64,000 bases of DNA from Angustibacter luteus (GTDB taxonomy: Bacteria > Actinomycetota > Actinomycetes > Actinomycetales > Angustibacteraceae), in the NCBI RefSeq assembly GCF_039541115.1, contig NZ_BAABFP010000004.1:248001-312000 (forward strand). Reading direction: 5' to 3'. The notes under the pieces were generated by a model. It searched no databases, was not told where the DNA came from, and worked only from the letters and a program-made list of their open reading frames with translations. Below, piece by piece: positions 34,370-43,920 of this stretch (position 1 is the stretch's first letter; each line of letters starts with the position of its first letter). A program made the translations under genes and the position numbers.

Positions 34370-34809
34370 GCGCACCCGATCCGGCCACCCCGACGACTCG
34401 GCGTGGGCCCGGCCGCGTGCTCATCGCGGTCTACGCCGTGTTCGCGCTCGCGGCGACCTCGCGCGCCGTCTTCCAGATCGCCACCCAGTTCGCGGTGGCG
34501 CCGCTCGCCTACGTGCTGTCGGCACTGGCGGCGGTCATCTACATCGTGGCCACGGTGGCGCTGGCCCGCGGCGGCCGGACGTCGGTCCGGGTGGCGACCG
34601 CGGCGTGCACGGTCGAGCTGGTGGGTGTCCTCGCGGTCGGCATGCTCAGCGTGCTGCGGCCGGACGACTTCCCGGATGCCACGGTCTGGTCCGACTTCGG
34701 CGCGGGCTACGGCTTCGTGCCGCTCGTGCTCCCGGTGCTCGGCCTGCTGTTCCTGCGGCGGGTCCGGCACGAGGACGCGTCGGGGGACGACGGGTTGATC
34801 GTGGGCTGA
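34366..34809 (+). CDS. Small integral membrane protein
   Basis: GRVLIAVYAVFALAATSR...APLAYVLSA...FPDATVWS.FG.GYGFVPLVLP. Confidence 0.78.
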   Translation: MSAPDPATPTTRRGPGRVLIAVYAVFALAATSRAVFQIATQFAVAPLAYVLSALAAVIYIVATVALARGGRTSVRVATAACTVELVGVLAVGMLSVLRPDDFPDATVWSDFGAGYGFVPLVLPVLGLLFLRRVRHEDASGDDGLIVG

Positions 34810-34815
34810 CACTGG

Positions 34816-35586
34816 TCAGCGCTTGGTGGCGTACAGGCAGCCGCTGGACCGGCCCAGGTAGTGCAGGCCCGTCCGGTCGCCGGCACCGAACACCGCGGCC
34901 TTGCGGGTCATCGTCGGGTACATGATCTGGTTGCGGTCGGTGGTGTGGTCCAACCCGACGGCGTGCCCGAGCTCGTGCATGACCAGCTGTCCGCGGGTCC
35001 CCTGCCAGCCGGTGGCCGGGCCGGCGCCGAAACCGTGCGCGAAGTGGTAGCCGGAGTTCAGCACCACGTAGCCCTGCAGGAACCGGCCCCACTGCCGGCC
35101 CTGGGCGTCCCAACCCGTCGTCCACGAGCCCCCGCCGTACCCGGCGACGGCGTACGTGCCCTTGCTGGGCTTGGGCAGGAACCGGGTGAGACCGGGCTTG
35201 CTCCAGGCGACGACGATCTGGGTGTCCTTCGGGTACGCCGCGGTCCCCTTGCCGGGCACCACGGAGGTCTGGCCGCGGTAGACCAGCGGGAGCCCCGTCG
35301 CGGCCCGGATCCGCTTGGCGGCCTCGATGACGTCCGCCGTGGCGCCCGCGCCGCCGCCGACCGAGCTGACCCGGTACCCGATCGCCGCGCACGGGTTCCA
35401 CCGGGCCACCGGCGCCTTCGCGTTGACCTGTCGGGACAGGAACCCGTAGTGGGTGGAGGCGGCGGACGCCGAGCTGGCGGCCCCGGTCGACCCGGTCGCG
35501 CCAGTGGGCTGGTCGGCGGTCGGCGACGTGCCGATGCCGCCCAGCACGGCGGCGGTGGCGGCGAGCGCGACGACGAAGGTCTTCAC
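34816..35586 (-). CDS. Secreted matrixin-family (metzincin) zinc metalloprotease
   Basis: HELGHAVGLDH zinc motif, Met-turn QIMYP, RWNPC, N-terminal signal. Start could alternatively be 35640. Confidence 0.87.
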   Translation of the reverse strand: MKTFVVALAATAAVLGGIGTSPTADQPTGATGSTGAASSASAASTHYGFLSRQVNAKAPVARWNPCAAIGYRVSSVGGGAGATADVIEAAKRIRAATGLPLVYRGQTSVVPGKGTAAYPKDTQIVVAWSKPGLTRFLPKPSKGTYAVAGYGGGSWTTGWDAQGRQWGRFLQGYVVLNSGYHFAHGFGAGPATGWQGTRGQLVMHELGHAVGLDHTTDRNQIMYPTMTRKAAVFGAGDRTGLHYLGRSSGCLYATKR

Positions 35587-35745
35587 GCCAGCCCATCGGC
35601 TCGGCGGGCCCGCAGTGTCGAGGTCGCCGCCCTGGTCCAACCGGTTGGCGGCGTGGGTGTTCAGTTGCGTGACCAGCGCGCGGGAGTGCTGGGCCGAGCG
35701 AGTGACACCGTCCGGGTGAGCGGCTCGGGCCAGGGGGGGCCGGGC

Positions 35746-36576
35746 TCAGGGCAGGCGGTCCAGCAGCCAGGTGGCGACGTCGATGTGCCCGGGCAGCACG
35801 GCGCCGTCCTCGGTGCACCAGGCGATCGTCTGGACGATGCTCCACCCGCGGGCCCGATCGGCGTCCAGACCCAGCTCCCCGACCAGCCGGTCGAGCCGGT
35901 ACCGGACGTCGCGGGCGGAGTGCCCGAGCTCGGCCGACCGCACGATCGGAGCCACCGCGAACTCGCGCTCCCCGACCAGCGGGAGGGGGTCGATGACCAG
36001 CCAGGGCTCCCGCTCGGCGGCCAGCACGTTGTCGCCGTGCAGGTCCTGGTTGACCAGCACCTGCGGGCCTTGCGACCCGGGGAGCCAGCGCAGCAGCTCG
36101 GCCGCCGCGTCCACCAGCCGCCGGTCGACGCCGCGGCCGGTGCGCTCCCACATCGGCTCCAGCTGGTCGAACCAGTGCGCGGCCTCGTCCCGCAGGGTGG
36201 TGAAGGGTCGGTCGGTCGACACCCAGGTGCGCGGCAGCAGGCCGACGAGGACGTCCAGGGCGACCTGGCCGCCGGCGCTGGACAGCGGGTGGCCCGGCTC
36301 GCAGCGCTCGAGGAGCATGCCGGCCCCGTCGGGCGTCGACGCCAGCAGCCGGACGGCGCCCCGCCCGTCCAGGGTCGCGAGGGCGGCGCTCTGCAGAGCC
36401 CCCTCCCGGTCGGCGACCGAGACCTTCAGTGCGGCCGGGACCCCGTCCGGCGTCCAGGCGCGGTACACCCGTCCGCCCCAGCCCCGCTCGTACGGCTCGC
36501 CGAGACGGACCTGCCAACGCCCCGCCAGCGCGGTGGCCCGGGCCAGCAGCTCGGCGTCCCCGACGGTCTCGTCCAC
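35746..36576 (-). CDS. APH(6)-like aminoglycoside/hydroxyurea resistance kinase family protein
   Basis: GRGAVRLL...MLLERCEPG, NQDLHGDNVL..EREPWLVIDP.PLVGE. Confidence 0.85.
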   Translation of the reverse strand: MDETVGDAELLARATALAGRWQVRLGEPYERGWGGRVYRAWTPDGVPAALKVSVADREGALQSAALATLDGRGAVRLLASTPDGAGMLLERCEPGHPLSSAGGQVALDVLVGLLPRTWVSTDRPFTTLRDEAAHWFDQLEPMWERTGRGVDRRLVDAAAELLRWLPGSQGPQVLVNQDLHGDNVLAAEREPWLVIDPLPLVGEREFAVAPIVRSAELGHSARDVRYRLDRLVGELGLDADRARGWSIVQTIAWCTEDGAVLPGHIDVATWLLDRLP

Positions 36577-36600
36577 TCGCAGGAGCCTAGGGTGGCGAGC
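36577..36600. promoter_or_regulatory. Overlapping divergent -10 elements for two leaderless genes
   Basis: TAGGGT (+, 36588-36593) 7 nt before ATG 36601; TAGGCT (-, 36584-36589) 7 nt before GTG 36576. Confidence 0.6.
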
Positions 36601-37557
36601 ATGGTGAGCACCCCGGACATGACCTACCGCCCGCTCGGCCGCTCCGGCCTCATGGTCAGCAGGGTGGGGGTGGGCTGCAACGCTTTCGGTGCCCGCATCG
36701 ACGCCGAGCAGACCCAGGCGGTCGTCGACGCGGCCATCGAGGTCGGCATCACCCTGTTCGACACCGCCGACATCTACGGTCGCGGTGAGAGCGAGGAGCT
36801 GCTCGGCCGCGCGCTGGGCGCGCGCCGCGGCGACGTCGTGGTGGCCACGAAGTTCGGCATGGACATGCAGGGCGACAACGGCCCGGACTGGGGCGCGCGC
36901 GGGTCCCGGCGGTACATCCGCAAGGCCGTCGAGGCCAGCCTGCGCCGGCTCGGCACCGACTGGATCGACCTGTACCAGCTGCACGAGCCCGACCCGGTGA
37001 CGCCGATCAGCGAGACGCTCGCCGCGCTGCACGAGCTGGTGCTGGAGGGCAAGGTCCGCACCGTCGGCTGCTCGAACTTCGCTGCCTGGCAGGTCGCGGA
37101 CGCCGACTGGACCGCCCGCACGTCCGGCTACGAGCGCTTCATCAGCGCGCAGAACAAGTACTCGCTGCTGGATCGCGACGTCGAGGACGAGCTGGTGCCC
37201 GCGTGCGAGGCGCTCGGCCTGGGAGTGCTGCCGTTCTTCCCGCTGGAGTACGGGCTGCTCACGGGCAAGTACCGGCGCGGCCAGGCCGCGCCGGACGGGT
37301 CGCGCCTGCAGCAGCAGACGGCCCGGCTGGAGTCCGCCGACTGGGACGCGATCGAGGCCGTCGAGGGGTTCGCCGGCGAGCGCGGGGTGAGCGTGCTGGA
37401 CGTCGCCATCGGTGGGCTGGCCGCGCAGCCCGCCGTCGCCAGCGTGATCGCCGGGGCGACCCGCCCCGAGCAGGTCTACGCGAACGCCGCCGCCGGCGCC
37501 TGGGAGCCGACGCTCGAGGACCTCGCGGCCCTGGACGCCATCACGACGCAGGCGTAG
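36601..37557 (+). CDS. Aldo/keto reductase
   Basis: LGRSGL, FDTADIYG, VATKFG, SLRRLGTDWIDLYQLH, GCSNF, GLLTGKY. Confidence 0.93.
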   Translation: MVSTPDMTYRPLGRSGLMVSRVGVGCNAFGARIDAEQTQAVVDAAIEVGITLFDTADIYGRGESEELLGRALGARRGDVVVATKFGMDMQGDNGPDWGARGSRRYIRKAVEASLRRLGTDWIDLYQLHEPDPVTPISETLAALHELVLEGKVRTVGCSNFAAWQVADADWTARTSGYERFISAQNKYSLLDRDVEDELVPACEALGLGVLPFFPLEYGLLTGKYRRGQAAPDGSRLQQQTARLESADWDAIEAVEGFAGERGVSVLDVAIGGLAAQPAVASVIAGATRPEQVYANAAAGAWEPTLEDLAALDAITTQA

Positions 37558-37630
37558 TCGGGTATCCGATGTCACCATGGGTGTGACGGGGGCGGCGGCC
37601 GTCCTCGCGTGACCCTCGTGGAGGCCGGCG

Positions 37631-38944
37631 GTGACGGACACGGTGCCGCGCGCCGTCCAGCCGGCCCCTGCCTCGCCTGACCTGCGGACGCCCGCCCCGC
37701 CCCCTCGCCCGTCGTTGCGGACGGCGGCGCACGAGCGCGTCCTGGCCACCTGGGGCCGGTTCCTGACGTGGCCGTCGTGGGTCCAGGTCGTCGTGATCTA
37801 CCTCGGCACCCGGGTGCTCAGCGCGGTCGTCATCGAGCTCGCGGCCCGATGGGGGCAGAACCCCGCCGGGGTCGGCGTCCTGAGCCCGCACTACCTCGAC
37901 ATGGTGCGGATCTGGGACGGCGAGTGGTACGAGCGCATCGCCCGGCACGGCTACCCGCACACGCTGCCGCACGGCGAGGTCGGCACCGTGGACTACAACA
38001 GCTGGGCGTTCTTCCCGTTGTTCCCCATGCTGGTGCGCGGCGTCCTCGTCACCGGGGTGTCCTTCTCGGTGGCCGCCACGGTGGTGAACCTCGTCGCCGG
38101 AACCGCTGCGGCCGTGGTGATCTGGCGGTTGTTCAGCCAGCGCCCGGGGCACGACCGGTTGGCCGTGCTCGCGGTCGGGATCTGGTGCCTGCTGCCCTCG
38201 GCGCCGGTGCTGCAGGTCGCCTACACCGAGGCGCTCGCTGCGCTGCTGCTGTCGGGTGCGTTGCTGCTGCTGGTCCGCCGGCAGTACCTGTGGGCCGTGC
38301 CCGTGGTGCTGCTGCTGGGCCTGACCCGGGCGGTCGCCGCGACCCTGCTGCTGGTCGTGCTCTGGCACGGCTGGCTGCGCTGGAGGGGACGGGCCGGCGA
38401 CCCGTGGCCGGTGTGGCAGCAGGCGTCCTGGGCCGCGCTGGTCGTCGCAACGGGCGTGTCCGCCGTGCTGTGGCCGGTGATCGTCGGCGTGGCCACCGGC
38501 GTCCCCGACGCGTTCCTGCAGACCCAGGCGGCGTGGGGTCAGAAGCCGGCGGACGGGCCGTTCCTGCCCTGGCTGGAGTGGGCCTGGACCGGGCTCGGGC
38601 TGATCGGCGTCGCCCTGCTGCTCGGGGTGGTCGCCCTGTCGGTCCGGGTGCTCGCCGGCCGGCACACGGCGTGGCTGGTGCCCGAGCTGCGCGTCTTCGG
38701 CGTCGCCTACCCGGTGTACCTGCTGGCGGTGGTGCGGCCGATCACCAGCATGTGGCGGTTCCTGCTGCTGGACCTGCCGATCGCGGCGGCGCTGGCCAGC
38801 CTGGCGGCGCGCGGGTCGCGGGACCGGGTCGGCAGCGGCTGGTGGTGGCGGGTCGGGGCGGTGGCCGTGCTCGCGCTGGCCGCGCTGAGCTGGTGGACCG
38901 CCGTGTACCTGACCCGGATCCCGTGGGGCGACTCGCCGCCCTGA
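37631..38944 (+). CDS. GT-C membrane mannosyltransferase (PIG-V-like)
   Basis: WDGEWYERIARHGY, AFFPLFP, AYTEAL, QAAWG; many TM helices. Confidence 0.8.
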   Translation: MTDTVPRAVQPAPASPDLRTPAPPPRPSLRTAAHERVLATWGRFLTWPSWVQVVVIYLGTRVLSAVVIELAARWGQNPAGVGVLSPHYLDMVRIWDGEWYERIARHGYPHTLPHGEVGTVDYNSWAFFPLFPMLVRGVLVTGVSFSVAATVVNLVAGTAAAVVIWRLFSQRPGHDRLAVLAVGIWCLLPSAPVLQVAYTEALAALLLSGALLLLVRRQYLWAVPVVLLLGLTRAVAATLLLVVLWHGWLRWRGRAGDPWPVWQQASWAALVVATGVSAVLWPVIVGVATGVPDAFLQTQAAWGQKPADGPFLPWLEWAWTGLGLIGVALLLGVVALSVRVLAGRHTAWLVPELRVFGVAYPVYLLAVVRPITSMWRFLLLDLPIAAALASLAARGSRDRVGSGWWWRVGAVAVLALAALSWWTAVYLTRIPWGDSPP

Positions 38945-38976
38945 CGTGAGCTGCCCCGCGATGGCAGACTGCGCCC

Positions 38977-39837
38977 GTGCCTGAGTTGCCCGAGGTCGAG
39001 GGACTGGCCGCCTTCCTGCGCGAGCACGCGGTCGGCCACGTCGTCGCGCGGATCGACGTCGCCGCCTTCAACGTGCTGAAGACGTTCGACCCGCCGCCGA
39101 CGTCGCTGCACGGCCTCGAGGTCACCGAAGTCGCCCGGCACGGCAAGTGGGTGGACCTGGACGTCGATGGTCTGCACCTGGTCTTCCACTTGTCCAAGGC
39201 GGGCTGGCTGCGCTGGTCGACGAAGCTCAACCCGACGCCGTTGCGGCCGGGCAAGAGCCCGATCGCCCTGCGGGTCGTGCTGGACGACGACACCGGGTTC
39301 GACCTCACCGAGGCGGGCACCCGCAAGCGGCTGGCCGTGTACGTCGTCCGCGATCCGGCGTCCGTGCCGCAGATCGCCTCGCTCGGCCCGGACCCGCTGG
39401 ACCCTGCCTTCGACCGGGCTGCCTTCGGGGCCCTGCTGGCCGGGCGGCGCACCCAGGTGAAGGGCCTGCTGCGGGACCAGTCCGTGCTGGCCGGCGTCGG
39501 CAACGCCTACTCCGACGAGGTGCTGCACGCCGCCAAGCTGTCGCCCTACGCGCTGGCCGGGTCGCTCGACGAGGGGCAGGTCGACGTCCTGTACGAGGCC
39601 CTGGAGTCGGTGCTGCGCGAGGCCGTGGCCGGGTCGGCCGGGCGGCCCGCGGCCGAGCTCAAGGACACCAAGCGCGCCGGGATGCGGGTGCACGGCCGCG
39701 CGGGACAACCGTGCCCGGTGTGCGGCGACACGGTCCGCGAGGTGAGCTTCGCCGACTCGGCGCTGCAGTACTGCCCGACCTGTCAGACCGGCGGCAAGCC
39801 GCTGGCCGACCGGCGGATGTCCCGACTGCTCAAGTAG
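38977..39837 (+). CDS. Fpg/Nei family DNA glycosylase/AP lyase
   Basis: N-terminal PELPEVE, RHGK, H2TH GVGNAYSDE, zinc finger CPVC...CPTC. Confidence 0.93.
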   Translation: MPELPEVEGLAAFLREHAVGHVVARIDVAAFNVLKTFDPPPTSLHGLEVTEVARHGKWVDLDVDGLHLVFHLSKAGWLRWSTKLNPTPLRPGKSPIALRVVLDDDTGFDLTEAGTRKRLAVYVVRDPASVPQIASLGPDPLDPAFDRAAFGALLAGRRTQVKGLLRDQSVLAGVGNAYSDEVLHAAKLSPYALAGSLDEGQVDVLYEALESVLREAVAGSAGRPAAELKDTKRAGMRVHGRAGQPCPVCGDTVREVSFADSALQYCPTCQTGGKPLADRRMSRLLK

Positions 39838-39898
39838 AGCTGCTCACGGAGTGGTCGCAACAGGCGGGCGCCGCGGCGACCGTGGCAGGATCGTGCGC

Positions 39899-40222
39899 AT
39901 GACTGGTGTGCCCGAGATCTCCGTCCAGGACCTGCCCGCCGACGCGGTGCTGCTCGACGTGCGCGAGCAGGACGAGTGGGACGCCGGGCACGTCGACGGC
40001 GCCGTGCACGTGCCGCTGAGCGAGGTGCCCGCGCGCCTGGGCGACCTGCCCGAGGCCGACCCGCTCTACATCATGTGCCGGTCCGGCAACCGGTCCGGCC
40101 GCGCGGCCGCCTGGCTGAACGCGCAGGGCATCGACTCGGTCAACGTCGCCGGTGGCATGAAGGCCTGGGCGTTCGCGGGCAAGCCGATGGCCGCGGCGTC
40201 CGGCTCCCCCACCGTCATCTGA
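39899..40222 (+). CDS. Rhodanese-like domain protein
   Basis: LLDVREQDEWDAGHVDGA, CRSGNRS, VAGGMKAW. Confidence 0.9.
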   Translation: MTGVPEISVQDLPADAVLLDVREQDEWDAGHVDGAVHVPLSEVPARLGDLPEADPLYIMCRSGNRSGRAAAWLNAQGIDSVNVAGGMKAWAFAGKPMAAASGSPTVI

Positions 40223-40257
40223 CGCCGCCCCCTGCGCCGCCCCTTTCCCGCATGTAG

Positions 40258-40302
40258 CGCGCTTCACGTGGTGATCGCGGCCCCATAGCCACGTGGAGCG
40301 CG
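40258..40302. repeat. Intergenic inverted repeat (terminator or REP-like)
   Basis: CGCGCTTCACGTGG ... CCACGTGGAGCGCG, 14-nt arms with one mismatch. Confidence 0.6.
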
Positions 40303-40392
40303 AATGGTGCGAGGTCGAGGGTGGGCGACACGGTGATCGGCTAGTCTGCGGATGTATCGGCTCAGGGCTAGAGAGCCCGATAGTGTCCGATC

Positions 40393-41595
40393 GTGGACCC
40401 GATCCGGAACCCCTACGCCCCCGGCGCCGGCCAGCGGCCGCCCGAGCTGGCCGGTCGGGACGCCGAGCTGACCGCGTTCGACGTCGTGCTCGAGCGCGTC
40501 GCCCGCGGCCGTCCCGAGCGCTCGCTCGTGCTCACCGGCCTGCGCGGGGTGGGCAAGACCGTGCTGCTCGGCGCGCTGCGGTCGGCGGCGGTCCGAGCCG
40601 GGTGGGGCAGCGGCAAGCTCGAGGCCCGACCGGACACCTCGCTGCGCCGACAGCTCGCCGCCGCCCTGCACCTCGCGATCCGCGAGCTCGGCCCAGTAGA
40701 GGACGCCGACGACGGCACCCGGCACGTCCTCGGCGTGCTGAAGAGCTTCGCGCTGCGGGACGCCGGCCCGACCAGCAAGCTCCGCGAGCGCTGGCAGCCC
40801 GGGATCGACGTCCCGGCCGTGCCCGGACGCGCGGACTCCGGGGACATCGAGATCGACCTCGTCGAGCTGCTCGGGGACGTCGCGGGGCTGGCTGCCGAGC
40901 GCGGCCGCGGGGTCGCGATCTTCATCGACGAGATGCAGGACGTCGGGCCGGACGACGTCTCCGCGCTCTGCGCGGCCTGCCACGAGATCTCGCAGCAGGG
41001 CATGCCGCTGATCGTCGTCGGCGCCGGGCTACCGCACCTGCCGGCCGTGCTGAGCGCCAGCAAGTCCTACAGCGAGCGGCTCTTCCGGTACGTGCGGATC
41101 GACCGGCTCGACCCGCAGGCCGCCGGGCTGGCCCTGCGCTCGCCGGCCCACGAGGAGGGCGCCGACTGGACCGACGAGGCGCTCGCGGCCATGTACGACG
41201 CGACGGCCGGCTACCCGTACTTCGTGCAGGCGTACGGCAAGGCGGTGTGGGACGTCGCTCCGCGGTCCCCCATCACCGCGGACGACGTCCGGGTCGGTGC
41301 ACCCGAGGCCGAGGCCGAGCTGACGGTCGGCTTCTTCGGCTCGCGGTACGAGCGTGCCACCCCCGGCGAGCGCGAGTACCTGCGAGCGATGGCGGACATC
41401 GAGAGTGCGGACGCGGAACCCGCCCAGGCCGGGGTGCCGACGTCCGCGGTCGCCGAGCAGCTGCAGCGCAAGCCGCAGTCGCTGTCGCCCGCCCGCGACG
41501 CGCTGCTGAAGAAGGGCCTGGTGTACAGCGCCGAGCGGGGCCGGATCGCGTTCACCGTGCCGCACTTCGGCCGCTACCTTCGCTCGCACGGCTAG
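40393..41595 (+). CDS. P-loop AAA-family ATPase with C-terminal winged helix
   Basis: NPYAPGAG..PPELAGR, Walker A GLRGVGKT, Walker B IFIDEMQ, GYPYFVQ. Confidence 0.9.
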   Translation: MDPIRNPYAPGAGQRPPELAGRDAELTAFDVVLERVARGRPERSLVLTGLRGVGKTVLLGALRSAAVRAGWGSGKLEARPDTSLRRQLAAALHLAIRELGPVEDADDGTRHVLGVLKSFALRDAGPTSKLRERWQPGIDVPAVPGRADSGDIEIDLVELLGDVAGLAAERGRGVAIFIDEMQDVGPDDVSALCAACHEISQQGMPLIVVGAGLPHLPAVLSASKSYSERLFRYVRIDRLDPQAAGLALRSPAHEEGADWTDEALAAMYDATAGYPYFVQAYGKAVWDVAPRSPITADDVRVGAPEAEAELTVGFFGSRYERATPGEREYLRAMADIESADAEPAQAGVPTSAVAEQLQRKPQSLSPARDALLKKGLVYSAERGRIAFTVPHFGRYLRSHG

Positions 41596-41606
41596 GGACC
41601 TCGGCG

Positions 41607-42860
41607 GTGGCGGAGGTGGCTGGGGCGGCGCTGGAGGACCTGTGGCGCGGGCTGGCGCCCCAGGTGCTCGGCGCGGTCGTGCGCCGGTACGGCAGCTTCG
41701 ACGCCGCCGAGGAGGCCGTGCAGCTGGCCGGCCTGGCGGCAGCGACGCAGTGGCCGGTGGAGGGGGTGCCGGACGACCCGAAGGCGTGGCTCATCACGGT
41801 GGCCTCGCGGCGGCTGATCGACCAGTACCGCAGCGACCAAGCCCGCGAGCGGCGTGAGCTGGAGGCCGTGGCCATGGCGCCGTCCGACACGTTCGTCGCC
41901 CCGGCCGCGGACGCCGACGACTCGGCCGGGCAGGACGACACCCTCACCCTGCTGCTGCTCTGCTGCCACGAGTCGCTCACAGCGCCGTCCCAGGTCGCGC
42001 TGACCCTGCGGGCCGTCGGCGGGCTGAGCACGGCGCAGATCGCCCGGGCGTTCCTGGTGCCGGAATCGACCATGGCGCAACGGATCAGCCGGGCCAAGCA
42101 GCGGATACGGGAGGTCGGCGCGCACTTCACGATGCCGACCGGCGACGCGCTGGCCGAGCGGTTGGGCGCGCTCCTGCACGTGCTGTACCTGGTCTTCAAC
42201 GAGGGGTACACGGCGACGGCGGGGCCGGAGTTGGCGCAGGTCGAGCTGAGCACCGAGGCGATTCGCCTGACCCGGCTGGCCTTCGAGCAACTCCCGGACG
42301 ACGGTGAGGTCGCCGGCCTGCTGGCCCTCATGCTGCTCACCGATGCGCGGCGTCCCGCGCGCACCACGGCGGCGGGCGCGCTCGTCCCGCTCGCCGACCA
42401 GGACCGGTCGCTGTGGCGTCGTCCGCTCATCGACGAGGGCGTCGCGTTGATCACGAAGACGTTGTCCAGCAAGGCCGTGGGGCCGTACCAGGTGCAGGCC
42501 GCGATCGCCGCCGTGCACGACGAGGCGCCGACCGCTGCGGAGACGGACTGGCGGCAGATCGTGGTGCTCTACGACCTGCTGGAGCGGTTGTCGCCCAACC
42601 CGGTCGTCTCGCTGAACCGGGCCGTGGCGGTGGCCATGGCGGGCTCGCCCACGGACGGGCTGGCCGTCGTGGAGGCGCTGGCGGCTGATCGACGACTCAG
42701 CGATCACCACCGGCTGCACGCGGTGCGGGGGCACCTGCTGGAGATGTCCGGTGACCCGGTGGGTGCCGAGGCCAGCTACCGCCGCGCCGCCCAGCTCACC
42801 ACGAGCCTGCCCGAGCAGCGGTACCTCATCGAGCGGGCGGAGCGCCTGTCTCGCAGGTGA
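41607..42860 (+). CDS. ECF RNA polymerase sigma factor with long C-terminal extension (ECF42-like)
   Basis: AEEAVQ, WLITVASRRLID, LLLLCCH, LTLRAVGGLST.QIARAFLV.E.TMAQRISRAK, YLVFNEGY, GPYQVQAAIAAVH. Start approximate. Confidence 0.88.
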   Translation: MAEVAGAALEDLWRGLAPQVLGAVVRRYGSFDAAEEAVQLAGLAAATQWPVEGVPDDPKAWLITVASRRLIDQYRSDQARERRELEAVAMAPSDTFVAPAADADDSAGQDDTLTLLLLCCHESLTAPSQVALTLRAVGGLSTAQIARAFLVPESTMAQRISRAKQRIREVGAHFTMPTGDALAERLGALLHVLYLVFNEGYTATAGPELAQVELSTEAIRLTRLAFEQLPDDGEVAGLLALMLLTDARRPARTTAAGALVPLADQDRSLWRRPLIDEGVALITKTLSSKAVGPYQVQAAIAAVHDEAPTAAETDWRQIVVLYDLLERLSPNPVVSLNRAVAVAMAGSPTDGLAVVEALAADRRLSDHHRLHAVRGHLLEMSGDPVGAEASYRRAAQLTTSLPEQRYLIERAERLSRR

Positions 42861-42869
42861 TCTGTGATG

Positions 42870-43772
42870 TCACCGCTGGTCCGACACCACCGCGGCGAGC
42901 CCTCGGCGGGCGGTCTCGACCATCGACGGGTTGGTGTGCTGGTAGTACGGCAGCGCGATGGCCGCCCCCGACACGACGAGACCTTGCGCGCGGAGCCAGG
43001 TCGCGTCGTCCGGCTGGACGATCTCGCGGAAGGTCCGGCGGCTCGGGCCGTCGAGCACGTGCCAGGCCGCGGTGATGTCGTACGCCGGGTCGCCGGTGGC
43101 CATCGCACCGAAGTCGAGGACGCCGGCCAGGACCCCGTCCCGCACCAACAGGTTGCCGGGCAGCAGGTCGGCGTGCAGCCACACCGACGGTCCGGTCCAC
43201 GCCGGTGCTGCGAGGGCGTCGTCCCAGATGCTGGTGACTCGCTCGACGTCCAGGAGACCGTCGCAGCGCACGATGAACTCACGGAAGGCCGGATCGCGGC
43301 CGACGAGCGGGCCGCCGCGCCCGAAGTCCTCTTGCGAGCCGGGCGGTGGGACGTCGGGGATCGCCTGCAGCTCGAGGACGACCTCGCCGAGCCGGCGGGC
43401 CGTGTCGGCGAGCGACGTGAACTCCTCGGCAAGGGCGTCGTTGCCCGGCAGCCAACGCACGACCGCCCACGGGAACGGGTAGTCCGCGGCCGGCGCGCCG
43501 GTGGCGACGACCTCGGGGACGTCGAGGGTCAGGTGCGGCCCGACGACGGGCAGCCAGCGGATCTCCTTGAGCAGCCCACCCACCGCACCGGGAGTCAGCG
43601 GCAGCCGCAGCGCGAGGTCGTCGCCGAGCCGGAACACCGCGTTCTCCGTGCCGCCGGACGCCACCCGCCGTACGGGCAGCGACGCATACCGGGGCAGCTG
43701 CTCGGCGACCAGCCGCTGCGCCAGCGCGATGTCGATCTCGACCTCGTCGTCGTGCAGGCGGGGCGGCGGCAT
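42870..43772 (-). CDS. Aminoglycoside phosphotransferase family protein
   Basis: GGTENAVFRLG, WLHADLLPGNLL, VLDFG...GDPAYD. Confidence 0.88.
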   Translation of the reverse strand: MPPPRLHDDEVEIDIALAQRLVAEQLPRYASLPVRRVASGGTENAVFRLGDDLALRLPLTPGAVGGLLKEIRWLPVVGPHLTLDVPEVVATGAPAADYPFPWAVVRWLPGNDALAEEFTSLADTARRLGEVVLELQAIPDVPPPGSQEDFGRGGPLVGRDPAFREFIVRCDGLLDVERVTSIWDDALAAPAWTGPSVWLHADLLPGNLLVRDGVLAGVLDFGAMATGDPAYDITAAWHVLDGPSRRTFREIVQPDDATWLRAQGLVVSGAAIALPYYQHTNPSMVETARRGLAAVVSDQR

Positions 43773-43819
43773 CCGCACATGCTCGCGACCTGGGTGGTGG
43801 CAGGCAAGCGGATTGACGG

Positions 43820-43918
43820 CTACCAGATCGTCCGGAGGCCGGTCAGTCCGTGGAATGCCGCATCGCTGGTCACCAGGGTCAACGACTCCACCATGCACTG
43901 CGCCGCCAGCACTCGGTT
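43820..43918 (-). pseudogene. C-terminal remnant of a VapC/PIN-domain toxin gene
   Basis: Translates NRVLAAQCMVESLTLVTSDAAFHGLTGLRTIW*, resembling the PIN toxin C-terminus (DPFDRxLxAQA..E.LTLVT.D......W). No 5' part or start; abuts the aldolase stop codon. Confidence 0.6.
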
Positions 43919-43920
43919 GG

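Noticed and set aside
23698..36576. Possible genomic island integrated at tRNA-Leu
   Set aside because: No integrase, and I saw no repeat of the tRNA 3' end; composition looks like the rest of the chromosome.
34861..37557. Apparent long fusion ORFs (898 aa here; also 40293-42860, 43501-45939, 16583-18682)
   Set aside because: Upstream extensions are stop-free GC-rich frames overlapping other real genes; only the C-terminal parts have domain motifs.
40260..40275. parS-like TTCACGTG core
   Set aside because: Flanks do not complete the GTTTCACGTGAAAC palindrome; better explained as one arm of the 40258-40302 hairpin.
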